From positions 21,762,001 through 21,826,000 of the forward strand of contig NC_043014.1 of NCBI RefSeq assembly GCF_006345805.1: a DNA stretch of 64,000 nt, written 5' to 3'. Shown here in pieces: positions 51,334 through 63,990 of this stretch. The stretch's first letter is position 1. Each line of letters begins with the position of its first letter. The notes beneath the pieces are model-generated. The model was not told where the DNA came from. It was given only the letters and a program-made list of their open reading frames with translations, and did not search any database. Source of the DNA: Octopus sinensis (Eukaryota). The position numbers and the translations under genes are program-made.

Positions 51334-53306
51334 AGTGTTGACTATAATTTCTATTGAAAATCTGTAGAGATAACCTTAACATGTGATTTAATAGCACTGC
51401 TAACACAGTAGAATACAGTATTGACTTATAAAGCGTTTAATATACTTTGTAGTATATTATAGTTGGACAATGAAATACAGTGTCGCTACAAGTATTTAAT
51501 ATGTATGTACCAGCTGCCAAGAATGTGTTTAATATGTAAAATTGGTATATCCAATGAAGTTATGCTGCAATATTTAGTGGCTATTTAAGCAATGAGTTTG
51601 AGGATGGTTAATGGGTTGGATGTTACTCTGAAGGAGCAAGAAATCCTAAAATATCCCTATACACCTATTACTTTTCCATCTTCGATTACATTGTTTATAA
51701 TTTCTGTAGAAAATCTGCAGAGATAAACCTATAAAATGTCCACATTGGCACATTCAGTTCTGCACAACACAACTGATTCTTCTAATGTCCATTGTCTCAT
51801 CTATACTCTGTTGTTCATGCAGACTGACATTGCATAATCAGCAGAGCAATGCTGCTTTATTTCCTTCCAGATTTTGCATACTCTTCTGAATTCAGTACCC
51901 ATATCTCAACATCATACAATATCACAATTCAACATACACAAGCATTACACAAATTACACAACCAATCGTTGCCAACAGATGTAGAAACCAGAGATAGAAA
52001 CTATCTACTGCATACAAATAGCTCCCTGACCTCTTTTTTATTCCATCCTTTTGCAACATCTACCCCCATCACTGATTAAGTTAACTGAGGTAACAGAAAC
52101 TATCAACTGCTTTTAATGAACTTTTAAGGCAGTTGAGAACATTTGTCTTTTTAGGGTCTCCTACTGCTCTGTCATGTAATTTCAGATGTGTGTATAACTT
52201 TAGGAATAGACATACTTAACATCAGTGTGTGTATGTATGCATGTGTATAGTGCATCCATGTGTGCACATATGTACAGTATACATATATGCATGAATAACT
52301 TTGTACATGTATGTGAAAAACTTCAGAAGTTTGTATGTATGCTATAATTTCAGGTAGTAGTGTATGCACATACATGTGTGTGTGTGTCTGTTTGTCTGTC
52401 TGTGCACACACATGCTTATACATGTAACTTCATACTGTGTTTAAAAAGCACATCATGAATCAATATCTGAACAAAGTAAATTGTCAACAAATGGACCTAT
52501 CAAAGAGAATAGCTAAAATTATTTTGACAATAAAACATATTTACATATTATATACACACATCTATAAGAATAACAAAATATTGAGTAGTTAGTAACTATG
52601 AAGGCATATAAATAAATCTAAAGACATGACATGATGGATATACATATATCACCTTGGGCAAGTGTCTAGCCTTGGGTCGACCAAATCCTTCGAATGGATA
52701 TGGTAGACAGAAACTTGAAGTAACCCATCATGTGTGTGTGTGTGTGTGTGTGTTTGTGTCTATACAGCTCAACAACCAGTATTGGGGTGTTTACAGGCTT
52801 AAAAAAAAAAGTACTGGTATTGATTCATTCAACTAAAGTTATTCTTCCAGGTGGTGCCCCAGTATAGTATGGCAGCAGTCTAATGACTGAAACAAGTAAT
52901 AAAAGGTAAAAGGTTTGCCAACACGAGGATATTACTTCCACTCCCTTCCACCCTATAAATTAGCTCCCTTCAGCTTCTACCATCATATCTCTTATCTATA
53001 ATCCTTGCCTCATAAAGTGGAAGAAAGGGAAAATGTTCAGATAAGCAACTCTTGTTTTCCAACCAGACACACATCTAATCCTCATTTTATAGCATCTCTT
53101 ATTATAAAAGGCAGATTTTATCTGCCTCCCTTTGTCTCTTATAGAAATCTACAATATAGGATTTCTTCAATTACAATTTACCTAGCATTTTTAAGAGTAG
53201 AATACTGTGCCAGGTACAGTTTTTCAAATTTCACCCCCAATTAAGCAAAATTTCGAGAAAACTCACATTGTGATGTGTAAGTAATGTTCTTTTCTTAGTG
53301 TGAGCT

Positions 53307-53349
<43 letters not shown>

Positions 53350-54110
53350 AGCGAACTGCTTCACTCATGCTATCACCCTAATTTCTCCTCCTTTCTCTTT
53401 GCAAGTGTGCAACGATTAAAGTGAAAGTATTTATATAAAACGGATGAACTGCTTCACTCATGCTATCAACATAATTTCTCATACTTTCTCTTTGCAAGTG
53501 TACCTTAAACCACTACTCAAAAAAAAAAAAACACAGCAAACAGAAACAAATAAATACATAACGATTTACTCCTCACACAATTTCTTCAATTAGAGTTTAC
53601 CTATGATTTTTCAAAGTACTTCCATTCGGTCATGGCATACAAAATTTCTTTCAATTTCACCCCCATTTCAGAAAAAATTTGAGAAAACTAAATATTTTAC
53701 CATTTCACTCTTTCACTCTGCATATTACTCCCACTTCCTCTTTACACACATAGACACGCAAATATATAAATAAAATTGTAAGCTAACGTGTGCGTGTGTG
53801 TGTGCATGTGTGAGGGTGCGTGTGCGTGTGTGTGTGTGCGTGCGTGTGTGTGAGTGTGTGACAGAGCCAGTCAGACTGGTCATCCTTTTTGCTAGAAGAT
53901 CACCTATGGTCTTATATGCTACACCACTGGTTTTCAGTTCATATTAATCAAATTAATATTCACAACAAGAAGGACTATTCATTATAATACATCAGTTCCA
54001 CACATTTACCCTGGTTCCATTTCGGACAACTGCACAAACATTTGCCATTTCACACATGTATGTAAACAAATTCCTTTCTTAAAAATTTTAATTCATTTTC
54101 TTTTTCAATT

Positions 54111-54631
54111 CATACAAAGTTTTTTAGGACGAATATAAGATCTAAAGTATATCCAAGCAGCAGAAAGATCGCCCAAAAGTGTATATAGATATTTAAATGT
54201 ATTTATATATTCATCTATACACAGACGTATGTATAATGTGTGTGTATATATTTCCATACAGGTAACCATTCACTCCATACAAAGTTATTTAGGACGAATA
54301 TAAGATCTAAAGTATATCCAAGTAGCAGAAAGATCGCCCAAAAGTGTATATAGATATTTAAATGTATTTATATATTCATCTATACACAGATGTATGTATA
54401 ATGTGTGTGTATATATTTCCATAGACGTAACCATTCACTCCGCACAAAGTTTTTTAGGACGAAAATAAGATCTAAAGTTATCTCTAAGTAGCAGAAAGAT
54501 CGCCCAAAAGTGTATATAGATATATAAATGTATTTATATATTCATCTATGCACACATGTATGTATAACGTGTGTGTATATATTTCCATAGAGGTAACCAT
54601 TCAATCCATACAAAGTTTTTTAGGACGAAAA
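54111..54631. repeat. 165-bp tandem array (3 copies plus a partial)
   Basis: Unit starts at 54111, 54276, 54441 and 54607. Confidence 0.95.
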
Positions 54632-55515
54632 TCTTTATATATAAAAGAAAGGTTGTGTGTCTGTCTACTCCGATTTAGATTCCTAACTACTCCCACATTT
54701 TGCGATGCAGTTTAACCAAATATCCCTATACATATAGTGTATGCACATACATGTGTGTGTGTGTGTCTGTTTGTCGTGATTCATATCGAGCCCTTCTAGG
54801 TATTAGCGCGCGTCTACGATGAGTCTACGATTTTACAAATAATTTACCATCATTTTTTTACATTTTAATGCATATTTTTTTTAATAAAGGGAAGTAACTC
54901 TCAAACTTCACACCAATATGCGTGCTCATATGCGGCGTAATATCACATCAGCAGCATTTCCTCACACCCTCCTCGCACTTGGCGAAGGCAAAATACCAGG
55001 GGATGAAAATGGTAATATTGCCATCGATTCCATTTGTACCATTGTTAAGATGCCTTCTGATCTCAGAGATGCAGTGTTCCCAGATCTACAAGCTAATTAT
55101 CAGAATATGGATTGGATTGGCAAAAAGGCTATACTGGCCCCGAGGAATAAAACTGTTCACCATATTAATGATGAAATGCTAAAACTCATTCCTGGGGAAG
55201 TCTATGTATATCAGTCTATCGATACAACTCCTGACCCAGAGGATGTCATCAACTATCCAATAGAGGTACTCAATTCCTTTGAGCACCCTGGACTACCACC
55301 ACACTTTCTCAAACTTAAAGTTGGTGCCCCTATAATGCTCATCAGAAATTTGGTTCCCCCAAAACAATGCAATGGCACACGTTTGATCGTTAAGTCCTTA
55401 TCTCCCACCGTAAATTTATATCAATATTTGCCTGAATAATCATCATAATTCAGTACAATCATTAACAGTACTTTCAAGCAATTCAGCCCCGAGCAACGCC
55501 GGGCAATTCTGCTAG
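54632..55515 (+). mobile_element. 884-bp mini-Helitron with Pif1 helicase fragment
   Basis: A|TC...CTAG|T termini; subterminal hairpin cccg-agcaacgc-cggg; ORF 54918..55439 (ILAPRN...LPPHFLKLKVGAPIMLIRNL.PPKQCNGTRL). Confidence 0.92.
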
Positions 55516-56312
55516 TTCATTATAATTACTATTATTATTCATTAATTTATCTATCTACCAACACAGTATTTTTTATTCCATGTCATATGTTATAGCAAAC
55601 TATGTTCAATTCTCTCTCACTTTAATGATCATTATAATTATCATTATTGTTATTCATTTATTTATCAATTTAGTCACAAAGTTTAGCTTACTCCAGCTAA
55701 AGTTATAGTAAAGTCAAAAATTCAAAATGTTCAATTCTGTCTCACTCTATAGTACTCATTATAATAACCATTAGGGTTATTCATTTCACTATCTATTTAG
55801 CAGTATGTTATAGCAAATTTAAGAAATCCAATTGTTCAATTCTTTTTACTCTTGCTCTAAATCTCAAAAATTCCATTTCTTCATTTATTTTGTTTCGTTA
55901 CCTGCTATCTTACCCAAACATTTCATTGTTTCCTCAACTGTAGCCCACTTCTCAAAAAATTTCACCACTCTCCCTTTCTCTCACTTTTGTAACCCACTTC
56001 ATTTCCCTTGTTGATTGTTAATTAGTGGCTCGCATTATCTGTGGCAATACTACATCGGCTTTGGCTAGTGTTTTGCCATTCATGGTGCTCCCTGCTCACC
56101 AGCTATCCAAATTGATAGTACCTTGGTAGATAAAGCAATTAAGGGTATGCAGACATTGAAAGCCCCCAGCCCATCAGGAATCATTGCTAAGATGCTTAAA
56201 ATATTATTAATTTTATGAAGTATAATTTTAAATTTTTAATGTTTAATTTAATGTTTAATTTAACACTTAATTTTAAGCTGATGTAAAATTAGATTAACAA
56301 TATTTTGAAAAA

Positions 56313-56419
56313 GAACCTGAAGATGTGTTGGTAGAATTGAAAATCTGATGATGCATGTATATATTCATATGTATATGTATATATATTATAATCTTCCCAT
56401 ACTGAAACACATGGAGTTC
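56313..56419 (+). ncRNA. Degenerate hammerhead motif
   Basis: GAAC-CUGAAGA-U-[GUGUUGGUAGA...UCUUCCCAUAC, 9/11]-U-GAAA-C-ACAU-GGA|GUUC; U16.1 mutated to G. Confidence 0.45.
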
Positions 56420-58412
56420 CTTCAATAACTGATAATTTTAATTTTAGCATAAGTAGGAGGTAATTAAGGAAGTATATTATACCCTGCTGGAATACTGGTT
56501 ATATCCTTTTAGGTATTATTTTGTGATGTGCAAATAGATACCATGAGTTTATCTTCAGATATGCTCATTAGGTTATTCTTTTTATATTATCTGAAATAGA
56601 ATACCCGCATATCTATTAAACCCCCAAACTGAATTATTATTGATTTCTATTATATACTTCGCATATTTCTAGATAAATATATAAATACTTGATAAAAAAG
56701 ACCCCACTGTATGATATGCAGACGCATGTAATGCTAAAGGGTTGTACCTGATTGATTTGGAAATTCGTTTTCCCAAATCATTTAAAGGTATATATACATC
56801 CACTACATATGTAGAAAATCGGTGTGTGTTTGTTTGTAGCATTGTTAGCTAACTCCACTTACATTGTTTTATTGATTTTGATGTAATTGACTTGTGAACA
56901 AAACTCATGTCTGGAAACCTCATGACATACTTAGATTGCTGAAAAAAATTGATAATACGGCTGGAAGGGACCTTTATATCTACCTCATATAACTATTTTT
57001 TAACACCCAAGGGAAATAACCCATACCACCTGCACAATATATTTTTTAAACTGAGTCTATGTATTGAACTATTGTTTTATCAATGTTTGTGGATGTATGC
57101 ATTTGCCTCCTTCCTCTATTTTATTTCAATCTGGTGCAGCCTTCGGGCTCCCCAGACCCCAGTTGAACCGTCCAACCCATGCTAGCATGGAAAGCGGACG
57201 TTAAATGATGATGATGATGATGATGATTAAAATGAACTCAGCCTAGGAAAAAGATATACAGTAATGCTTTGACATATGAGTTGATTTGTTCCCAGAGACC
57301 ATTAGTAAAGCAAAAACTCATAAAGCAGAGCAATAATTTCCTAAAGTAGCAATGTTATAAATTGTAATTTATTACCAGAAAAATATTTTACCTATAAAAT
57401 TCATAATACTCGTAAATATATGGCAATAAAACAACAGTAGATGTAAAGAATATTTTATGCAAAGTAAAAAGAGTGTCAAGATCATTTTTAAGAAAAAAAT
57501 ATTAGTTATTAAAATTGTTTTCTGAATCACTTTCACTCGCACTAGACTAGCATACTCGATTGTAGGTGGACTTGTAGATTTCTTTTTAAAGAAAACAAAT
57601 CTAGAGTTGTTGCTCCTCATTTACATTAATTTTTATACCCACTTACATGTGTGTATGCAAACATGTATATATATATGTAAATTTATTCTTCTTTTTTAAA
57701 TTTTTATTTGTTTCAGTCATTTCATTGCAACCATGCTGGAGCACCACCTTTAGATGAACAAATCGACCCCAGGACTTATTCTTTGTAAGCCTAGTATTTA
57801 TTCTATCGATCTTTTTTGCCAAACTGCTAAATTATGGGGATGTAAACACACCAGCATCAGTTGTTAAGTGATGGTGGGTGCACAAACACAGCCACACGCA
57901 CATACACACAAACATATATGATGAGCTTCTGTCAGTTTCTGTCTACCAAATCCACTCACAAAGCTTTGGTCAGCCCGAGGCTATAATGGAAGACACTTGC
58001 CCAGTAGGATTGAACCTGGGACCATGTGGTTGGTATGCAAGCTACTTACCACACAGCCACATTTCTAAATTACCATTCTCACATTTTTTTTTTTAGAATA
58101 TATAATTAAATTTTCAACAACTAAGCAAAAATCTAACTTGTAGCACTTGTACCTTAAAATATTTCTCCATTCATTCAAAATGAACCATCATGCCAAAAGA
58201 AAATTAAAAAAACACAATGAACAAGTGCAAAAGTAATAAAGATGTGTACAAATTTACAAACTGGAAAACTTACACTAAAAATGATCAACTGATCCAAAAG
58301 CAAGAAAGGAAAGAAAGAGAAGAAGCAAAAATTCCAAGACCTATAAAACCTCACCAGCAAAGAATTCAACAGCTACTTTTGAACTCTATCAAAGAGGGGT
58401 AATGAAAATTTG

Positions 58413-58826
58413 GTGCTCCTTTGACATGTGATCTACAAGGGAGATTACTTTAGGTTACTTTTTAAATTATTTTGTACATAATTAGCATTGTAAACGTATT
58501 TTTCAAAATTCTTGCTATTTTAATAAGAAAACCATATAATAATTAAAATGAGCATGTGGATCACATGGAAAGTAGCACTAACACAAAGTAAACTAAAAAG
58601 TAACCTGAAGTAATCTCCTTTTAAACTGCAGATCACAAGCAAAGTGACGTGTTTCTTTTTCTTAAGAAATTATGTGAATTTAGTGCTGGTTTCTTGTAAA
58701 AATGCAACATCCTCCATCTTGTTGCTAATCACATTGTAAAAACTTTAGCCAACACCTGTAAGGATTTTAAAAATTGAAAAGTAAACTAAAGTAATCTCCC
58801 TTGTAGATCACACACCAAAGGAGCAC
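58413..58826. mobile_element. MITE/foldback element with 50-bp inverted repeats
   Basis: 58413-58462 versus 58777-58826, 46/50 complementary; partial third copy at about 58590-58640. Confidence 0.8.
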
Positions 58827-59216
58827 TGAAAATTTTGATACTTCAAGAAATAGTGAAAAGTAAATATAACTGTTTTTATGAGTTCTTCAATGGCTAAAAT
58901 GGATTTTCTATGATGTAACTGTTGTATAGTACTAGATACAAGTGATCACTCAACTTAGATACTCAAAAAGACAGGATGGCCATGACTGGTCAGTCTTTGA
59001 TCAAAGGTATACACAATCAAGTTTGACCTGACATTATACAACAATACAATTGTAAAGCAAATGAGATAACCACTATCAGACAGAAATAGTAGCCAAATTT
59101 CCCTCAAATCACACTCTATCGTCCTAGGTTCTCAGCAAGTAGGAAAAAGATGAGATGGTCACAACTAAAAGACTTAGATTTAAAAAATGGTTAAACTAAA
59201 GCATTTGACCCAAGCA

Positions 59217-59512
59217 AAACGAATATGAAAAATAAATGCACCCTCACGAAAGGGTGGGTGGGGGAGAGGACTCAGAAAATTCACATCATGAATGTTCTGA
59301 GTTGCCGCACCAGAGCCAAGAAACAAAAGAAAAATAGTGTAATAGGTGTAAAACAACTTGTTCTAAACGAATATGAGAAAAAAATGCCCACTTGCAAAAT
59401 TAGGGGGAAGGCTCGGAAAATTCACATCGTCACACCATGGCCTTTAAACTATAGTGTTTGACCCTAGCCAAAAAAAAAAAGAAAAAATAGTGTAATTGGT
59501 GTAAAACAATTT
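59217..59512. repeat. ~149-bp diverged tandem duplication
   Basis: aaacgaatatga at 59217 and 59366; aaaatagtgtaa.tggtgtaaaacaa occurs twice. Confidence 0.75.
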
Positions 59513-59943
59513 GAAGAGCAGATGTTTGTAAGCCATTCAAGAACACACACACACACAAAGAGAAACAGTTGGTTCACTGCAACATTTAAATCTCATTTAA
59601 ATCTCGATATTTTTGCTGCTTTGAAACCGAGACTTGTTCGCTGACAAAACAGAGGCAACACAAGTTTTTGTCATGGTTTTGCCATGGTTTCAAAGAACAA
59701 AAATATTTAGACACAAACGAAATTTAAATTTTGCAGTGAAAGTAACAGCTTTTGTTGTTCTGGAATTGCTTACAAACATCTTACAAACTGCAAATTCTCT
59801 TAAATATTCAACCTTACCCTGCCCCTATTTACAAAACTTGCCACTCTTTTTAATTTTTTTTTCTCTTTAACATGCCTTTAAATTGTTATGTTATAGAAAT
59901 AATTATAACCTGGAATATATATATATATATGCATATATAAGAA

Positions 59944-59975
<32 letters not shown>

Positions 59976-60178
59976 ACATGTATAGAACAGACTTCTTTCA
60001 AACTGAAAGTATTCCCTCACATTACAATAGAGACGTAATACTGAAATAGTGTAAGAGATGAGATTGCTCTGGGCTCACATTAGGCAAGAAGTTGGAAATT
60101 TTGGGGGCCCATGACACTGCATGGACCTTGGCTTGAAGCCTGCTACTTTAAGTAATTTATTTCAAGTTTATGTATATA

Positions 60179-60546
60179 CTAGCAGTATCGCCCGGCGTTG
60201 CTCAGGTTTGTAAGGGAAATAACTATAAAGCATTTTTAGAGAGTTATAGCCAAAAAATAGCAAAAAAATGGTAAATTTTTTTTGAGTTAAAAAAGGTGGA
60301 GTTGCGTCCCCTAGACGGTCTGTGGTTTGGGTTTCTGATTCTCGACCCCATGTCGAATTTATCGATTTCTTTCAGAACTGGGGGAACTTTTCAAAATTTT
60401 CGCTGCGTTAGTTTTGAATTATGACATTGGGCTATGTGTGTGTCAAGTTTCATCAGAATCGGTTAAAAGCCGTGGTCAGAGTGAGGGTACGAGAAAACAG
60501 ACACACAGAAAACGCACAGACAAACTGCCGTTTATATAGAGAGAGA
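60179..60546 (-). mobile_element. Complete 368-bp non-autonomous Helitron
   Basis: Minus strand A|TCTCTCTATATAAACGGCAG ... gagcaacgccgggcgatactgCTAG|T; 3' end matches 55490-55515. Confidence 0.85.
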
Positions 60547-61080
60547 TGTGTGTATAAGCCAATGAAGGAGACCTCCACATGGTAGGTAGACGTAGCTAGA
60601 CCTGGTAGAAATAGTAGCCAAATCTCCCTCAAAACACCATACTGTCTTAATCTGACAATCCTGCCTATTGTGTAGTTTTAATGATAAACTGTAACTAAAG
60701 AATAAGATTATTAACCCCAACATTTTAAGCGTTTAAATAGCAATAAAATTTTTTTCTCTTTTTTTGTTTAATTAAAATGGTTGACCTTTAACTCGTTTTT
60801 CATAGAGAGCAAAGAAGAGAGACAGCATAGCGATGGTTTTGGCTGATTGTCATCCTGTACTCCCCTTGTTGCTAGCGAAATGGCATGTGCCGGCTGTCTG
60901 AGCAACTGGTTGCTTTTTAATGGCAGAACAAACAGGACAAAAAGATTACAAAAATAGCGATTTGAAGTTAACAATTCGAAAATCTCATGTATCCATGCTT
61001 AAAATTTCAGCATGATCGGATGAATAATGCTTGAGTTATAAGTGCACAGACAGACAGAACAGAATTTATATATATATATC

Positions 61081-61445
61081 ATCATCATCATCATCATCAT
61101 TTAGCATCCGTTTTCCATGCTAGCATGGGTTGGACGGTTCAACTGGGGTCTGTGAAGCTGGAAGGCTTCATCAGGCCCAGTCAGATCTGGTAGTGTTTCT
61201 ACGGCTGGATGCCCTTCCTAACGCCAACCATTCCGTGAGTGTAGTGGGTGCTTTTTACGTGCCACCCGCACAGGTGCCAGACAGAGCTGGCAAACGGCCA
61301 CGAACGAATGGTGCTTTTACGTGTCACCGGCACGGGGCCAGGCGAGGCTGGCAACGGACACGAATGGATGGTGCTTTTACGTGCCACCGACACGGGGGCC
61401 AGACAGACTGGCAAACGGCCACGAACGGATGGTGCTTTTACGTGT
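61081..61445 (-). mobile_element. RTE-LINE 3' UTR fragment with (GAT)n tail and internal ~60-bp repeats
   Basis: Reverse complement of the 24540-24811 type. Confidence 0.85.
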
Positions 61446-61981
61446 CATAATTATTATTATTAGAAAGGAGCAAAAATATCACATCACTGGTACTCACAGT
61501 TCCACATTCCTGTTTGTTAGACAGTTTGGGTTAGAATGGCGCAAGATAAAGTTAAATGCTGAAATACAATTACTTTGATAGATACACATTTGAAAATGGC
61601 TTTGTTTCATTGGTCCTTTCAACTAATGGTCTTTTCAATAACCGATTGAGTGAAATAGGAAATTGTGGTTTAAAATAATATTATTATAATAATCGACGAA
61701 GAATCTTAATTCAAAAATAGCTTATAAAGAAGGAAAAAACCCTGAATACCCAGGGTAAATAATTTGCTGTAAAAATACTAATAAATTCTATTGAACCTTT
61801 GGAGGGGTATTATGGCGGTAATAAAAGATATATCCATTTCAAATATTTTCACACTAGATTACGTATACATTTAGCAATATATACACATACCAAACAATCT
61901 ATAATATACACATATACACTAAACATACACAGGTGCATGGTTACATACATATATAGGCAAAGCATAAATATATAAAAATGC

Positions 61982-62047
<66 letters not shown>

Positions 62048-62809
62048 ATGTATATACGCAAGGTATGTATACCTGCGTGTACAGGGCAATAATACATACA
62101 GATACGCGTATATATGGATGTGCATGTGTACATATACATGTGAGTACAAGTTCTATATGTAGATATTGATATGTATACATCTTCACATATATATTTTCTT
62201 CTACTACTAAGCACTGACCTGTCCAACCACTTAATCTATATTCCTAAATTTTTCATTCCATACTACTACTCCTCTCTCGGTCCCATCACTTAGACTGTAT
62301 TGCTACATAACTGACACTCCCTTACCTTTTACATTATTATACCTCTTTCTATCACTCCCCCCCATTCCTTCTATCTCTTTACACTCTAATACCTTTCTCT
62401 CTCAATCACCCTCATCTCCCCATTCTTACTTTTAAATTATCTTGACTGACCAATAACTGGTATACTCCTTGTTTTTCTTTTTCCTTTTTTTTCTCTTTTC
62501 TTTATTCCTCTCTTCTTGTTTTTGATTTGACCTTACAAATACATTCCCTACTTTTAGGTCACTTTAAATAAAACCTTTGATTCAATAGCACTGTGTACAA
62601 ACTCTATACTTGGAATGACCAATTTTAAATACTATTGGATTTTACTCACAAGATATTGGAATCTTATATGTATACCATTCATTCTGCCTAAATAATGGAT
62701 CTACAAATGCAATATCCCTGCATATCTCACACCTATTTTCATTCCTCCACTTCATTCTCTATTTCATATCTTATCTAAATTAACTATTGCTTAACCATTT
62801 TCTCACACC

Positions 62810-62857
62810 GTCTCCGATGAAGGGATATAATAAATATCCTGGAAACAGCTGTAAGAC
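62810..62857 (+). ncRNA. Minimal type I hammerhead motif (U4-to-C variant) in a Penelope-like remnant
   Basis: GUCU-CCGAUGA-A-[GGGAUAU-aauaa-AUAUCCU]-G-GAAA-C-AGCU-GUA|AGAC; palindromic stem III loop. Confidence 0.55.
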
Positions 62858-63289
62858 CTTCTATTTATAAATGTTCAAAAATCTTCACAGCCTTGGTTTT
62901 TTTTTATCTCATACTGAAAAAAAAATTATGTATGTATGTATGTATGTATGCATGCATGCACACGCATGCAAAGAAAATCTCTTGGCATATGCTTATGCAA
63001 GTTAGTTGTTACATGTGAAAGATAAAGAAGGAAAAAAATCAGATAAGTGGGGGGGGGGAGAAAACAGTGGAAAAAAAGAAAAAGAAGAAACAGAAAGTTA
63101 GAGAAGGAAAGAGAAAAAATACTTAGGAAAAGATAGTTGTAAAATGATGTTTTGCACGACAAACACATATAAAAATGCACACAAAGCTACATGTATTTCT
63201 ACATAAATTCAAATACACACACATAGATACACATACATATATACAAAAAAAATATGTATGCATATATCACAGCATTGGTTTCTCCAGGG

Positions 63290-63990
63290 GTTCTCTTTCC
63301 ATTTACAAGTTCCCCATATAGCATCAGTTTAGGGATCCTGCTATCCTTCATTCTAATAAGGTATCTGGTCCAATGTAACCAGTGCTTGTGCACCATCACC
63401 TCAATACTCGAGATATCAGCTGTCCTCATGGCCTGTATGCCTGGAGTTTTTAAGGTCCATCCAACATCCAGAATAAGTCTGAGACATCTCTGATGAAACC
63501 GTTCAAAGGCCCTTACATGACGTTTGTAAAGGGTCCATGTATCACATGAGTAAAAGAGCAATGTCAGTATATATGCACAGTACACAGCGATTTTTGTTTG
63601 ACTTCTGATGCCGTGCTGGGACCAGACACGAGACTGAAGAGACCAGAAGGAATCAGTTGCTCTCTGCAGCCTGAAAGATATTTCCTCATCCAGGGAACAA
63701 GAACAGTTAAGTGCACTGCCCAGGTAGACAAACTAATCTACCACATTCAGAATTGTTCCGTTAACCAAGATAGCTGGTTCCACATATGGATTTCCTGGTG
63801 CAGGCTGGAACATTACAACAGTTGTGTCCAAGCTAATGCTGAGTCCAAAAGCCTTGCAAGAATCAGAAATATGATTCATAAGTATTTGAATGTCATCCAC
63901 AGTATGAGTGACTAAGTCACAGTTATTTGCATAAAGGAGGTCATGAATAAGAGACTAAAAAAACTTTTGAATTGGCAGCAAATTGGCGCA
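63290..63990 (-). mobile_element. Decayed RTE-clade (BovB-like) RT C-terminal fragment
   Basis: LFYSCDTWTLYKRHVRAFERFHQRCLRLIL...RMKDSRIPKLMLYGELVNGKR (ORF 63199..63585). Confidence 0.85.

Larger units (their letters stand above)
53095..56068 (+). mobile_element. Composite/nested Helitron-derived region
   Basis: a|tctcttattataaaaggcag 5' end at 53095; internal tandem arrays; degraded hairpin and ctag|t at 56065-56069; outer boundaries inferred. Confidence 0.5.

Noticed and set aside
51849-52079. Plus-strand Ser/Thr-rich ORF after a good acceptor (ttccttccag)
   Set aside because: No recognisable homology and no partner exons found on the plus strand.
54111-54631. 165-bp array as a CRISPR-like repeat-spacer array
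   Set aside because: Whole units are near-identical with no unique spacers; eukaryotic context and no cas genes.
58217-58402. Lys/Gln-rich ORF next to the 58.4-kb foldback as a transposase remnant
   Set aside because: Low-complexity A-rich translation with no catalytic motifs.
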